Source: an uncultured delta proteobacterium
Lineage (GTDB): Bacteria > Desulfobacterota > Desulfobacteria > Desulfobacterales > JAHEIW01
Assembly (NCBI GenBank): GCA_963706575.1
Contig: CAVPNL010000004.1
Coordinates: forward strand, 552,476 to 616,475
DNA: 64,000 bases
Direction of reading: 5' to 3'
The notes below the pieces were generated by a model, which did not search any database, was not told the origin of the DNA, and worked only from the letters and a program-made list of their open reading frames with translations. The position numbers and the translations under genes are program-made. The stretch's first letter is position 1, and the number at the start of each line of letters is the position of its first letter. This document shows positions 19,264 through 29,693 of this stretch, in pieces.

Positions 19264-19890
19264 ATGAAAAATACAAAGATGAAAAATACAAAAACGATTG
19301 GCGCTGCGCAACTCAATTCCAAAGAACGGCTACTGGTAACCGCCATCGGCATGTTTGCTGAAAAGGGATATGCCGGTACGTCTGTACGCGAAATCGTGGG
19401 ACGCGCCGGAGTGAGCAAACCGGTGCTCTACTATTATTTTAAGAGCAAAGAAGGGCTTTTTCTGGACATTCTCGATATGGCCGAAAATTTACAGAAACAA
19501 TTGCTTTCGGAGGTTTTAAAAACGGAAGGCAACGTATTGGACCGGCTCCTGATGCTTTATCGTCGTGTATACGCGGGAATCGATGAACACCGCAGCCTTT
19601 ATAAAATGATTCACGACCTCATATCCGGCCCTCCCCAGGGGGCGCCGGATTACGATTTTACGCGTTATCATCGTCACATGATCAACGCCATTTGCGAAAT
19701 TTATAACGCAGGGATAGGCCGCGGCGAGGTTAAAAAGATCGCGGCCCAAGAGGTTGCCTATCTGGTACTGAGCCTGATCGATTTTTGCCTCCACATGGAC
19801 CAGGTCCATCCGCAGTCATCGGATCCGCAACGCCCCGAACGGCTGCTGCGGATTGCTTTTAAGGGAATAAACAAAGGAACGGAAAATTAA
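19264..19890 (+). CDS. TetR/AcrR family transcriptional regulator
   Basis: FAEKGYAGTSVREIVGRAGVSKPVLYYYFKSKEGL helix-turn-helix. Confidence 0.95.
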   Translation: MKNTKMKNTKTIGAAQLNSKERLLVTAIGMFAEKGYAGTSVREIVGRAGVSKPVLYYYFKSKEGLFLDILDMAENLQKQLLSEVLKTEGNVLDRLLMLYRRVYAGIDEHRSLYKMIHDLISGPPQGAPDYDFTRYHRHMINAICEIYNAGIGRGEVKKIAAQEVAYLVLSLIDFCLHMDQVHPQSSDPQRPERLLRIAFKGINKGTEN

Positions 19891-20943
19891 ATGCAAACCC
19901 GACATTCATCTTTATTTTTGATCGTGCTGCTTTTAACGGGCCTTTTGGCGAGCGCTTGTGAAGAAAAAGCCGGCCTGGCAACCGCCGAAACCGATGCAAC
20001 CCAGCCCCCGGCAATTCCAGTGTCTGTAATAACCGTTAAGACTGAAACCGTGCGGGATGTCATCTTTTTACCGGGCACAACCGAAGCCTGGCAGGATGTC
20101 CAGGTAGCAGCCGACACCGCCGGACGTATTGAATGGATCGGCCCGCGCGAGGGTGAACGCGTGAACAAAGGCGACCTGTTGATTAAAATCGACGTCTCCG
20201 CCCTCAAAGCAGCCATGGAGCACGTAGAAGCGCAGTTCCAACTGGCCGATGATCTTTATCAGCGACGCCGTCGGCTTTATGAGCGCAAGATCATCGCCAA
20301 AGAGGAGCTCGATCAAAGTGCCACCCAGCGTAAACTGGCTGCCACCGATTTGGAACAGATCAAAGTCAAATATAATCATGGTTTCCCGCGATCCCCGATC
20401 AGCGGGATTATCAACCACCTGTATGTGGATGCCGGTGAGTTCATTGACACCGGCAAGCCAATCCTAGACATCGTGAATATTGATCGCATCAAAATAAATG
20501 TTCGAGTGCCGGAACTCGATATCCGCTACGTGCTGGAAGGCCAAAAGACACCTGTTAGAATCGATGCTTTTCCGGAAAGAACACTCAGCGGGGTGGTCGA
20601 TTTTGTGGCCTTTAAAGCAGACCCGGCAACCAAAACCTTTCTGGTTCGCAGCCTGATTGAAAATTCATTCGCCGATATCCGGCCGGGAATGATTGGCCGG
20701 GTGGCCTTTGTGCGGCGCACAATTGCCGATGCATTGCTGGCACCGCTTTTTGCACTGGTGGACAAAGGCGGGGAGCGTCTGGTTTTTGTCGAAAAGGACG
20801 GCACGGCGCAATCGCGAACCGTTTCGATCGGGGTCATTGAAGGCGATCGGGTACAGATAACCAGCGGCTTGAATCCCGGCGATCATCTGATTGTCAAAGG
20901 GCATACCGAAGTCGAAGACGGAATGAAGGTCAGCGTGCAATGA
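19891..20943 (+). CDS. RND efflux membrane fusion lipoprotein (AcrA/MexA-like)
   Basis: Lipobox ASAC; GERVNKGDLL lipoyl-like motif; SPISGII; GLNPGD. Confidence 0.93.
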   Translation: MQTRHSSLFLIVLLLTGLLASACEEKAGLATAETDATQPPAIPVSVITVKTETVRDVIFLPGTTEAWQDVQVAADTAGRIEWIGPREGERVNKGDLLIKIDVSALKAAMEHVEAQFQLADDLYQRRRRLYERKIIAKEELDQSATQRKLAATDLEQIKVKYNHGFPRSPISGIINHLYVDAGEFIDTGKPILDIVNIDRIKINVRVPELDIRYVLEGQKTPVRIDAFPERTLSGVVDFVAFKADPATKTFLVRSLIENSFADIRPGMIGRVAFVRRTIADALLAPLFALVDKGGERLVFVEKDGTAQSRTVSIGVIEGDRVQITSGLNPGDHLIVKGHTEVEDGMKVSVQ

Positions 20944-23900
20944 TTCTCAATCGGATGGCACTCAAACGACAGGTAACGGTCCTGGCGCTGCTGGTGATAA
21001 TTGTCGTTGCCGGCCTTTACAGCTATGCTACCTTACCGCGGGAATCCTTTCCGGATATCACCATCCCTTATGTGTTTGTGACCACCACCTATGAGGGCGT
21101 AGCGCCGGCGGATATGGAAGAGCTCATTACCATTCCCATCGAGCGCAAGCTCAAAGGCATTGACGATGTTGAAGAAATCCGCTCCACCTCGGCCGAAGGT
21201 ATTTCTACGGTGGCCATCAAGTTTTTACCCAAGGTCGATCTGGATGATGCCCTGCAGAAGGTCAGGGACAAGGTGGACCAGGCCGAAGGTGATCTCCCGG
21301 CCGATCTTCAAGATGACCCGGTAATCAAAGAGGTCAATTTTTCAGACATGCCGGTCATCCGGGTGGTCTTGTCGGGGCCGTTCAGTTTAAGGCGGTTGCA
21401 GAATCTGGCCGAAGACATTCAGGACCGTCTGGAATCCATCCCCGGCGTTCTGGAGGCTCGTTTGACGGGCGGATTGGAACGCGAAATCCATGTGGAGTTC
21501 GACCTGGATCGGGTGCGCGCCTATAATGTCCCCTTTTCCAGTATCGTCGGTTCGCTGACGAACAGCAATGTGAACATGCCCGGCGGCAGCATGGATATCG
21601 GTGAAGGCAAATACCTGGTGAGGGTTCCGGAGGACTTCCAGCATCCGTCTGAAATTTTTTCCATCGTGGCCTTTGTGCGCGACGGCAAGCCGGTTTATCT
21701 GCGCGATTTGGCCACCATCAAAGATGCTTATAAGGATCCGCTGACCCGCAGCCGCATCAACGGGAAAAAAAGTGTTACCATCGGCGTCCTGAAGCGCAGC
21801 GGCGAAAACATCGTGCGCGTCACCGACGAAGTCAAGCGCGTGGTCAACGATATGCGCCCGCAACTGCCGCAAACCTTGCAGATCGATCTCACCGCCGACC
21901 AGTCCAATGACGTACGCTTGCTGGTAGCGGACCTGGAAAACAACATTCTTTCCGGCCTGATTCTGGTGCTGGCGGTTATTTTCTTTTTCATCGGCGGGCA
22001 ATCCGCCATTTTCGTGGCCCTGGCCATCCCCTATTCCATGTTTATCACCTTTTCGCTGCTGACCGGATTCAATGTCACCTTGAATATGGTGGTGCTGTTT
22101 TCCTTGATTCTGGCGCTGGGCATGCTGGTGGACAACGGCATTGTTATCGTCGAAAATATTTACCGGCACATGCAGCAGGGCAAACCCCGCCAGGAGGCGG
22201 CCGCCGCAGGGACCGATCAGGTTGCCTGGCCGGTGATCACCTCAACGCTGACTACCCTGGGGGCTTTTTCGCCCATGCTGTTCTGGCCGGGCATTATGGG
22301 CGAATTCATGGGATATTTGCCCATGACGCTGATTATGGCGTTGAGTGCCTCGCTGTTCGTGGCCCTGGTGATCAATCCGGTGCTTTCGGCCCGCTATCAG
22401 AAGATCAAAACCGATAACCCGTCCAAAAAACGCGCCTCCCGTGAGCCCCTGATCAAGCAGTTTTATTTGTTCTTGCTAAAATGGTCGCTGCGGCATCGCT
22501 GGGCGGTCATCGTGTTGGCAGTCGTCTTGCTGATTAGCGCCACCCTGGCCTTTGTTTTTTTCGGCAAGGGGACCGAATTTTTCCCGGAAACTGAGCCGCG
22601 CCGCGCCTATGTCAATATCAAGATGCCGGAAGGGACCAATCTGGACACATCGGATCAGCTTGTCTCCCGGATCGAAAATATTGTGTCCGGGTATGAGGAC
22701 ATCCGTTATGTAATTGCCAATATCGGTGCCATCGGCGGAGACCCCTTCTCCCAGGGCGGCACCGGCACTCATATCAGCCGGGTGGTGCTGGACTTTAAAG
22801 ATTTTCACGATCGCTCCCGGCCCTCATCGCAAATCATAAAAGAAGTCCGGCAACGGATATTAAAAACCATCCATGGTGCCGAAGTGCAGGTGGAAAAAGA
22901 AGAAGAAGGCCCGCCCACCGGACCGCCGATCAATATAGAAATTTTCGGCGAGGATATCCTTATGCTGGGAGAGCTGGCAGCCCGCGCTCGCAAAGTCATC
23001 AAAGACATTCCGGGGCTGGTGGATTTAAAAGATAATTTTGTCAAAGGCAAACCCGAAATCCGGGTGCGGGTGGACAAGGAAAAATCGGCCCTCATGGGAC
23101 TGGACACCTATACCATCGCCTACACGGTTAAATCGGCCATCAACGGGGTTAAAGCCGGGGTCTACCGCGAGGGCAAAGATGAATATGACATTATCGCGCG
23201 CCTGCCCAAACGCGATCGCCAATCCATTAAAAGCCTGAAGCGCATTACGGTTTCCGGCCCCCAGGGCGAGCCGATCCCCTTAACCAGTCTGGCCGAAGTG
23301 AAGCTGGGCAGTGGAATCGGCGCTATCATGCGGCTCGATCAGAAAAGGGTCGTCACTATATCCGGTGACGTGTCGGGCCGATTGGCCAATGACGTGATTA
23401 AAGACATCGATGCACGCCTGTCGCGGCAAATCGACTGGCCCAGAGGGTACAGTTTCCGGTTCACCGGTGAGCAAGAGGAGCAGGCCAAGGCCCAGGCATT
23501 TTTAAGCAAAGCCTTTTTTGCCTGCATTGCCATTATTTTGCTGATCCTATTAACCCAGTTTAACTCTTTAATCACCCCGTTGATTATCCTGGCTTCGGTG
23601 GTCTTTTCTTTGATCGGTGTCTTTCTCGGCCTGCTGATCACCGGTACTGCTTTCGGCATTATCATGACCGGTATCGGTGTGATCAGCCTTGCCGGCGTGG
23701 TGGTGAATAACGCTATTGTATTAATCGACTATATCAACCAGCAGTTGGCCAAAGGCCTTTCATCAACCGAAGCGCTGCTGCGGGCCGGCTCGGTACGCTT
23801 TCGACCGGTGATGCTGACCGCCATCACCACCATCCTGGGTCTGCTTCCGATGGCCACCGGTATCAGTTTTGACTTTGGCAAAATGGCTTTTGATATCGGC

Positions 23901-24029
23901 GGCGAGTCCTCCCAGTGGTGGGGTCCCATGGCGGTGGCGGTGATCTTCGGGCTGGGATTTGCCACCCTGCTGACCTTGATTCTGGTCCCGGTGCTGTGCT
24001 CCCTGGCTCACGGCTTCCGCAAACGCTAA
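20940..24029 (+). CDS. RND efflux permease (AcrB/AcrD/AcrF family)
   Basis: 1029 aa; GMLVDNGIVIVENI, VVVNNAIVLID, RFRPVMLT. Confidence 0.96.
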   Translation: MILNRMALKRQVTVLALLVIIVVAGLYSYATLPRESFPDITIPYVFVTTTYEGVAPADMEELITIPIERKLKGIDDVEEIRSTSAEGISTVAIKFLPKVDLDDALQKVRDKVDQAEGDLPADLQDDPVIKEVNFSDMPVIRVVLSGPFSLRRLQNLAEDIQDRLESIPGVLEARLTGGLEREIHVEFDLDRVRAYNVPFSSIVGSLTNSNVNMPGGSMDIGEGKYLVRVPEDFQHPSEIFSIVAFVRDGKPVYLRDLATIKDAYKDPLTRSRINGKKSVTIGVLKRSGENIVRVTDEVKRVVNDMRPQLPQTLQIDLTADQSNDVRLLVADLENNILSGLILVLAVIFFFIGGQSAIFVALAIPYSMFITFSLLTGFNVTLNMVVLFSLILALGMLVDNGIVIVENIYRHMQQGKPRQEAAAAGTDQVAWPVITSTLTTLGAFSPMLFWPGIMGEFMGYLPMTLIMALSASLFVALVINPVLSARYQKIKTDNPSKKRASREPLIKQFYLFLLKWSLRHRWAVIVLAVVLLISATLAFVFFGKGTEFFPETEPRRAYVNIKMPEGTNLDTSDQLVSRIENIVSGYEDIRYVIANIGAIGGDPFSQGGTGTHISRVVLDFKDFHDRSRPSSQIIKEVRQRILKTIHGAEVQVEKEEEGPPTGPPINIEIFGEDILMLGELAARARKVIKDIPGLVDLKDNFVKGKPEIRVRVDKEKSALMGLDTYTIAYTVKSAINGVKAGVYREGKDEYDIIARLPKRDRQSIKSLKRITVSGPQGEPIPLTSLAEVKLGSGIGAIMRLDQKRVVTISGDVSGRLANDVIKDIDARLSRQIDWPRGYSFRFTGEQEEQAKAQAFLSKAFFACIAIILLILLTQFNSLITPLIILASVVFSLIGVFLGLLITGTAFGIIMTGIGVISLAGVVVNNAIVLIDYINQQLAKGLSSTEALLRAGSVRFRPVMLTAITTILGLLPMATGISFDFGKMAFDIGGESSQWWGPMAVAVIFGLGFATLLTLILVPVLCSLAHGFRKR

Positions 24030-24072
24030 TCCATTTTCCGGCTGCCAGCTGTCAGGCATTTGGCCTTACATC

Positions 24073-24226
24073 TGGTTAATTGGTTTGATTGATGAAACTG
24101 TTTTATTGGTTTTATTGGTTTCATTAGTTGCATTTGTTAAAGCGAACTAATTGAACCAATTGAACTAATCCAACCAATTTAACAAGTCGCTTTTCCTTGA
24201 ACCTTTGAACGCTGAACCTTTGAACC
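24073..24226. repeat. Tandem-oligomer palindrome (ATTGGTT ... AACCAAT) followed by a TTGAACC array
   Basis: ttattggttttattggtttcattagtt ... aactaattgaaccaattgaactaat; ttgaacctttgaacgctgaacctttgaacc. Confidence 0.7.
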
Positions 24227-24331
24227 CGGATCAAATACAATTTGACCGATTGGCCCACAATAGGGTATAGGACTTTTGTGCTGAAAGCGTTATCAATCCT
24301 GCCCTCACCTCTAACCAGCGGAAATTGAAAA

Positions 24332-25216
24332 ATGAAACGAAAAAACGTATTCTGGCTGACTGCCGTTATGCTCGTCCTCCTGGCGCTTTACGGTGTCTGG
24401 CATTATAGCCCCCTGAGATATCTCACCCGATCCAAATCCCAGCCCGATCCGACGTATAGTGTTAACATCAAAGGCCAGAACCAGCCGATTATTGTCACCA
24501 AAAAAATACTACCGGAAACTGCAGCCACTCAACAGACCAGCGATCTCCCCCAGCCACTGGTCGTATTGAAAAAACTTTCTCCCCAAAAAAAATCTCAACT
24601 TGTTAAACCGCAGGAAAAAAGCACCGACCTGACCGCTGCAGGGGAAAAGACGCCACAAGCAGCGCCCGAAGATTCCTTGTCTGCTAAAGTAAGTGCGTCG
24701 CCAGCCGCTCAATCGGACAAACCCTTGAAGCCGATTACTGTACAAAAAACAGCTGCACCTGTGAAGCAAAAGACCTATCACCCGTATTCCATCATGTTGT
24801 CCAGCTGCAGGCTGCCGCAAAGCGCCCGTAAAATCGTATCGAATTATCAAAAGGTGGGACTCGCGCCCTACGTCGTTAAAGTTAAATTTGATGAAGGCGA
24901 CGAATGGTTACGGGTGCTGGCAGGCCATTATCAGACCCGCCAGGAAGCCCTTAAGGCCAAACAGAAACACCAGCTCTCAGGCGCCATTGTCAAAAGAACA
25001 CCGTATACCAACCTTATCGGCACCTATACATCCATGGATGAAATGCAAGTCGAACTGCGCCGTATCAAAGAGCTGGGATATTCGCCCTATTTCCTCAAAA
25101 CACAGGCCGGTCAGCTTAAATTGGTGGTGGGCGCTTTTGTTACAAAAGAGGGCGCCGAAAACCAGAGAACAGAATTGCAGTCAAAGGGCATTCAAAACAC
25201 GGTCATCATTCGCTAA
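24332..25216 (+). CDS. SPOR domain protein (N-terminal TM, low-complexity linker, two SPOR-like repeats)
   Basis: WLRVLAGHYQTRQEA and LVVGAFVTKEGA repeats. Confidence 0.8.
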   Translation: MKRKNVFWLTAVMLVLLALYGVWHYSPLRYLTRSKSQPDPTYSVNIKGQNQPIIVTKKILPETAATQQTSDLPQPLVVLKKLSPQKKSQLVKPQEKSTDLTAAGEKTPQAAPEDSLSAKVSASPAAQSDKPLKPITVQKTAAPVKQKTYHPYSIMLSSCRLPQSARKIVSNYQKVGLAPYVVKVKFDEGDEWLRVLAGHYQTRQEALKAKQKHQLSGAIVKRTPYTNLIGTYTSMDEMQVELRRIKELGYSPYFLKTQAGQLKLVVGAFVTKEGAENQRTELQSKGIQNTVIIR

Positions 25217-25224
25217 GACGCATC

Positions 25225-25671
25225 ATGAAAGTTGAAAGTCAACACCATAACTATCAGGGATTGACCATAAAAGAATTGACGGTTGGTCAATCCTACGAAA
25301 AAACCTTTACGATTACGGCTGAATTGATCGAGCGTTTTGCCGAACTGACCGGTGATCTCAACCCGATCCACCTGAACGAAGACTACGCCGCCAAAAGCAT
25401 TTTTAAACAGCGAGTGGCCCAGGGAATGCTGCAGGCCGGCCTTTTGTCCGGAATTTTGGGTTGTTATTTTCCCGGAGTGGGAACCATCTATCTTTCTCAA
25501 ACACTCAAATTTATCAAACCGGTCTTTATCAAAGATCAGATCACGCTGCGCCTGGAGATTTTGGAAATCATCAGCGAGAAAAACCGCGTTCGTCTCGAAA
25601 CACGATTCACCAATCAGAACGGTGAAGCCGTCATCATTGGTGAGGCGCTCGTTAAGCCCCCGCCCGAATGA
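25225..25671 (+). CDS. MaoC family (R)-enoyl-CoA hydratase
   Basis: FAELTGDLNPIH, FPGVGTIYLSQTLKFIKPV. Confidence 0.92.
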   Translation: MKVESQHHNYQGLTIKELTVGQSYEKTFTITAELIERFAELTGDLNPIHLNEDYAAKSIFKQRVAQGMLQAGLLSGILGCYFPGVGTIYLSQTLKFIKPVFIKDQITLRLEILEIISEKNRVRLETRFTNQNGEAVIIGEALVKPPPE

Positions 25672-25751
25672 TTAAATCCACCCTGCCCCATTGATTTTGT
25701 CGCCTTGTTGATTAGATTATACCTTTACGAAAACTGATTTAAAAATAGTTG

Positions 25752-25878
25752 GAAGTGCCTAAAGTGAGCTAAAGTGCCTATAGTTGAGGGGTCGCTATCG
25801 CTCCATCTTATATTATAAAAATGATAGAATTCCTTAATTTTAGTCACTCTAGATCACTTTAGGCACTTTAGGCACTTC
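25752..25878. repeat. Tandem-oligomer palindrome (AAGTGCCTA ... TAGGCACTT)
   Basis: gaagtgcctaaagtgagctaaagtgcctatag ... cactttaggcactttaggcacttc. Confidence 0.8.
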
Positions 25879-25899
25879 TAAGAAAAGGATTCTGAACGA

Positions 25900-26595
25900 A
25901 TGACAACCATCTTAGTGGTTTCAGCCCATCCGGATGATGAAACCCTTTTTAGCGGCGGAACGCTGGCAAGGTATGCTCAAAAAGGACACGACATTTTCAT
26001 CCTGGAAACCACCCGCGGAGAGGGCGGCGAGGTGGGTGAGCCGCCGTTAACCACCCGCGAAAATCTGGCTGCCTTCAGGGAGCAGGAGGTCCGCCAGGCC
26101 GCCGGCATCCTGGGTGCGCGCGATATATTTTTCCTGCCTTACATTGACCCGTTCATGGAGATCAACGGCACCGCCCGTCGAATCGACGCTCCCCTGGCGG
26201 AATTTACCGCGGCGATTGCAACATACGTTCAAAAGATTGCTCCCCAACTGGTCATCACCCACGGCTCAAACGGTGAATACGGCCACCCCCAGCACATCTA
26301 CACCCATCAGGCGACCCGCATGGCCTTAAACAGTGCCCGGCCGGGCACCGCATTTATAACCTGGTCGGCCTGGCATACACCGGCCGATTACGAGCGCATA
26401 TTAAATCAAGACGATCAAGCCGATATCATCAGCGACATCAGCCCCTGGCACGATATAAAGGTTGACGCCGCCCTCTGCCACAAAACCCAGCACGCCATGT
26501 TTCTGCGAAATTCCGGCGCTCGTTCGGTTGCGGGCATGGTCCGGAAAACCGAAACCTTCCACATCTGGCAGGGCCCGTTACCGCAAGACTTATAA
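25900..26595 (+). CDS. PIG-L/LmbE family deacetylase
   Basis: AHPDDE, TRGEGG, GEYGHPQH, CHKTQ motifs. Confidence 0.92.
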   Translation: MTTILVVSAHPDDETLFSGGTLARYAQKGHDIFILETTRGEGGEVGEPPLTTRENLAAFREQEVRQAAGILGARDIFFLPYIDPFMEINGTARRIDAPLAEFTAAIATYVQKIAPQLVITHGSNGEYGHPQHIYTHQATRMALNSARPGTAFITWSAWHTPADYERILNQDDQADIISDISPWHDIKVDAALCHKTQHAMFLRNSGARSVAGMVRKTETFHIWQGPLPQDL

Positions 26596-26850
26596 TAAGC
26601 GGTTATTCAGCCTCTCATTATTCCTCAAGATAAGGCCATCCATACCGATAATATATCTAAGGTTTCCAGGTTGAGCGCTTTGTCCAGTTACCCGTTAGCC
26701 GGCAAAAAAAATATTATCAGACATTTTCCAGCTTCAGCGCGTTCAATTCGCCTACGGCGGACCAACCAGAAACCGTGATCTATTGTTTTCCAAACAGACT
26801 CCAAATCGCTGGAATTTTTATATCGTCAATACGCCTCTTCGAGAAAATTT

Positions 26851-27616
26851 ATGACGGAAAATTTATTGAACTCAGCCCGGGGCCTTCAACCGGTCTGGAA
26901 GCGTAAGCTGAAGCGGGCAGGCCGCGCGATCCAAAATTGGCTGCGGGAGCTAATCCGTTCACTGATCGAAATCACAATCCTGTTTACCATCACGGCTGTA
27001 ATGGTCGGCATCTTACTTTCAATTCTGGAGGCCTTCTGGTACCTCTATCTCGAAACCCCCGTCGGCATCAAATATACCGCGGACCCTGCCAGATTATCGC
27101 CGCACCTGTTGACGCAATTATTCAAACAGGATCTGTTTTTGTTTTCCGTTGAAGTTGCCATAGCCGCTCTGACCGCCAGTCTGATAATAAGTGCTGCATT
27201 CCAGATTACCGCTTTGCGCCGCTATTTTTATGTTGGCCGCGGCCTGTTCAACCGCGTCATTGTACTTTTGCTGTTCAGCGCCGCTGCGGGTTTTAAGCTG
27301 GCGCATACCGGCCTGATAGACCTGCCGGTCGCCCTCGGGAGTATCGATCGTTCCGAGCCTGTGCCTGTTTCCATCGTGTATGAATATTTCAGCCAGAATA
27401 TTACCCGAATTGACTCCCTTGGGAATTATGAAAATAATCATCAACGCAAAAAACTTTCTCATTCATTCCGGTGACCGGGCTATGCCGGAGCCGCAAGCAT
27501 CCCTTTATCCGACGAGCCGCGGCAATTCACAGACGCCCCCTGCCCTCAAACCTGCCACTGCAGTAAAAAACCGCGGTGCGGGCCGCGTCACGCCGGATGC
27601 GAGCGGAGCAGTTTAG
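26851..27616 (+). pseudogene. Hypothetical membrane protein with an apparent +1 frameshift near 27336
   Basis: Removing one G in CTCGGGAGTA joins ...LPVALG to VSIVPSLCLFPSC-MNISARILPEL... (track ORF 27380..27616) and restores a hydrophobic helix. Confidence 0.55.
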
Positions 27617-27634
27617 AAAAACAAAAATTCAAAT

Positions 27635-27698
27635 ATTTCATATTGCGTTAGCACATCCAACAAATTTTCAACCTCTCCAAATTTTAACATCAGGCACG
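27635..27698. repeat. Diverged three-copy repeat, copy 2
   Basis: ATTTCATATTGCGTTAGCACATC...CCAAATTTTAACATCAGGCACG. Confidence 0.75.
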
Positions 27699-27998
27699 AA
27701 ATTCCCAATTTTAGATAAGTCTAAATTTTTTAGTTTGGCTAAAGCAATATACAATTCCCTTTAAGGATAATGAGCCACGGTATATTGTGGTATGCTCTTT
27801 TCCAAATCTCTTGAATTTCGTATTTGGATATGAAACAAATATCGTAGCAATCGGTACACAACGGAAACTCCATATAAAGCATGCAATCATTTTTTATAGG
27901 GAAAAAAACGATGATTGTGTTGTTTATGTTGCCAAAAAAAAAGACCACATAAGACGATATTAAAAATACCTTAAAGATTGGAAACAGGAGACGAAAAA

Positions 27999-29693
27999 AT
28001 GATATTAAACCCCAGAGAAAATAAATACGAATACCTGGATGAAAAATCCAGGTCGATTATGTTGAAAACAATTGAGTTTTTCGAAAACAAAGGGAAGGCC
28101 AAGCTCAAATCCGATTATCACGAAAAGGTGTGGTACGCGGATTTTATTGAATTTATAAAAAAGGAAATGGTGTTTGCCACCCTGCTGACACCCTCTGCCC
28201 ACGGGGGGGAGGGGTGCCGTTGGGACACTTACAGAAATTGCGCTTTCAATGAAATCCTGGGTTTTTACGGCCTGCCATACTGGTACACCTGGCAGGTGAC
28301 CATTCTCGGTTTGGGGCCCATCTGGATGGGGGCCAACGAAGCTGTGAAAGCAAAAACGGCCCGGCTGCTCAAGGAAGGCGGTATTTTCGCCTTCGGGCTA
28401 TCGGAAAAAGGGCACGGGGCCGATCTCTACTCCAGCGAAATGTCCCTGACACCCCTGGGTGAGGGGAAATACGTTGCCGACGGCGGGAAATACTATATCG
28501 GAAACGCAAATGAGGCGGCCCTGGTGTCGACCTTCGGCAAGGATACGGAAACCGATGAATACGTGTTTTTCGTAGTCAATTCCAAGCACGACAATTTTGA
28601 CCTGGTGAAAAATGTCGTCAGCTCCCAGAACTATGTTGCCGAATATGCGCTCCAGGGATACCCCATAACCAAAGAGGATATCCTCACCAGAGGGCAGGAT
28701 GCGTGGGATTCTTCCCTCAACACCATCAATGTCGGCAAATACAATCTGGGCTGGGCATCCATCGGCATCTGTACACATGCACTGTACGAAGCCATTACCC
28801 ATGCCACCAACCGGATACTCTACGGCAAGCGCGTAACTGAATTCCCCCATATACGGCAGTTGTTTGTAGATGCCCACACGCGGCTTGTGGCCATGAAGCT
28901 TTTTGCCTTGAGGAATGCGGACTACATCAGGGCGGCCTCAGCGGAGGACAGGCGTTACCTGCTTTACACGCCCATGACCAAGATGAAGGTAACCACCCAG
29001 GGGGAAGAGGTGATCAACCTGCTGTGGAATGTCATCGCGGCCAAGGGGTTTGAGAAAGACATGTATTTTGAGATGGCGGCACAGGACATTCGGGCGCTTC
29101 CAAAACTCGAGGGCACTGTACACGTCAACATGGCCTTGATCATCAAGTTCATGGCCAACTATTTTTTTAATCCGGGTGAATTCCCGGAAATCGTCCAGAG
29201 AAACGGCACAGAGGATGACAGCTTTCTCTTCAACCAGGGACCCACCCGCGGTCTGGGCAAAATCCGCTTTCATGATTTCAACATCGCCTACAACAGCATC
29301 AATCTTCCCAACCTGACTGTGTTCAAAGAACAGATCAGGGTTCTGCAGGAGCTTTTAATGACTGCACCGCCCGAAAAAGATCAGCAGAGAGAAATCGATT
29401 TTCTATTGATTCTGGGGGAACTGTTCACCCTGGTGGCTTACGGCCAGTTGATCATTGAAAATGCAAAAATCTACAAGGTTGAGGATGAATTTATCGACCA
29501 GATTTTTGATTTCATGGTCCGTGATTTTTCCAGATTTGCCCTTCAGCTCTATTCCAAAACAAGCAGCACGGAAGCTCAAATGGAAATCTGCCTGAAGATC
29601 ATCAAAAAGCCAGTCAGAGATGCGGAAAGATTCGACCGCATCTGGAGCAGATATGTTGAACCGCTCAACAATGCCTACGAGATGAACCCATAA
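27999..29693 (+). CDS. Acyl-CoA dehydrogenase
   Basis: AFGLSEKGHGAD, GGKYYIGNA, LPKLEGTVHVN; AGGAG RBS before MILNP. Confidence 0.92.
   Translation: MILNPRENKYEYLDEKSRSIMLKTIEFFENKGKAKLKSDYHEKVWYADFIEFIKKEMVFATLLTPSAHGGEGCRWDTYRNCAFNEILGFYGLPYWYTWQVTILGLGPIWMGANEAVKAKTARLLKEGGIFAFGLSEKGHGADLYSSEMSLTPLGEGKYVADGGKYYIGNANEAALVSTFGKDTETDEYVFFVVNSKHDNFDLVKNVVSSQNYVAEYALQGYPITKEDILTRGQDAWDSSLNTINVGKYNLGWASIGICTHALYEAITHATNRILYGKRVTEFPHIRQLFVDAHTRLVAMKLFALRNADYIRAASAEDRRYLLYTPMTKMKVTTQGEEVINLLWNVIAAKGFEKDMYFEMAAQDIRALPKLEGTVHVNMALIIKFMANYFFNPGEFPEIVQRNGTEDDSFLFNQGPTRGLGKIRFHDFNIAYNSINLPNLTVFKEQIRVLQELLMTAPPEKDQQREIDFLLILGELFTLVAYGQLIIENAKIYKVEDEFIDQIFDFMVRDFSRFALQLYSKTSSTEAQMEICLKIIKKPVRDAERFDRIWSRYVEPLNNAYEMNP

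Noticed and set aside
21089-24059. Many antisense ORFs within the RND gene (and within lon, ftsH and others)
   Set aside because: Shadow ORFs opposite strongly supported genes, with no motifs of their own.
24073-25878. CRISPR-like repeats
   Set aside because: Units are 7-10 bp, tandem and inverted, with no unique spacers; no cas genes in the window.
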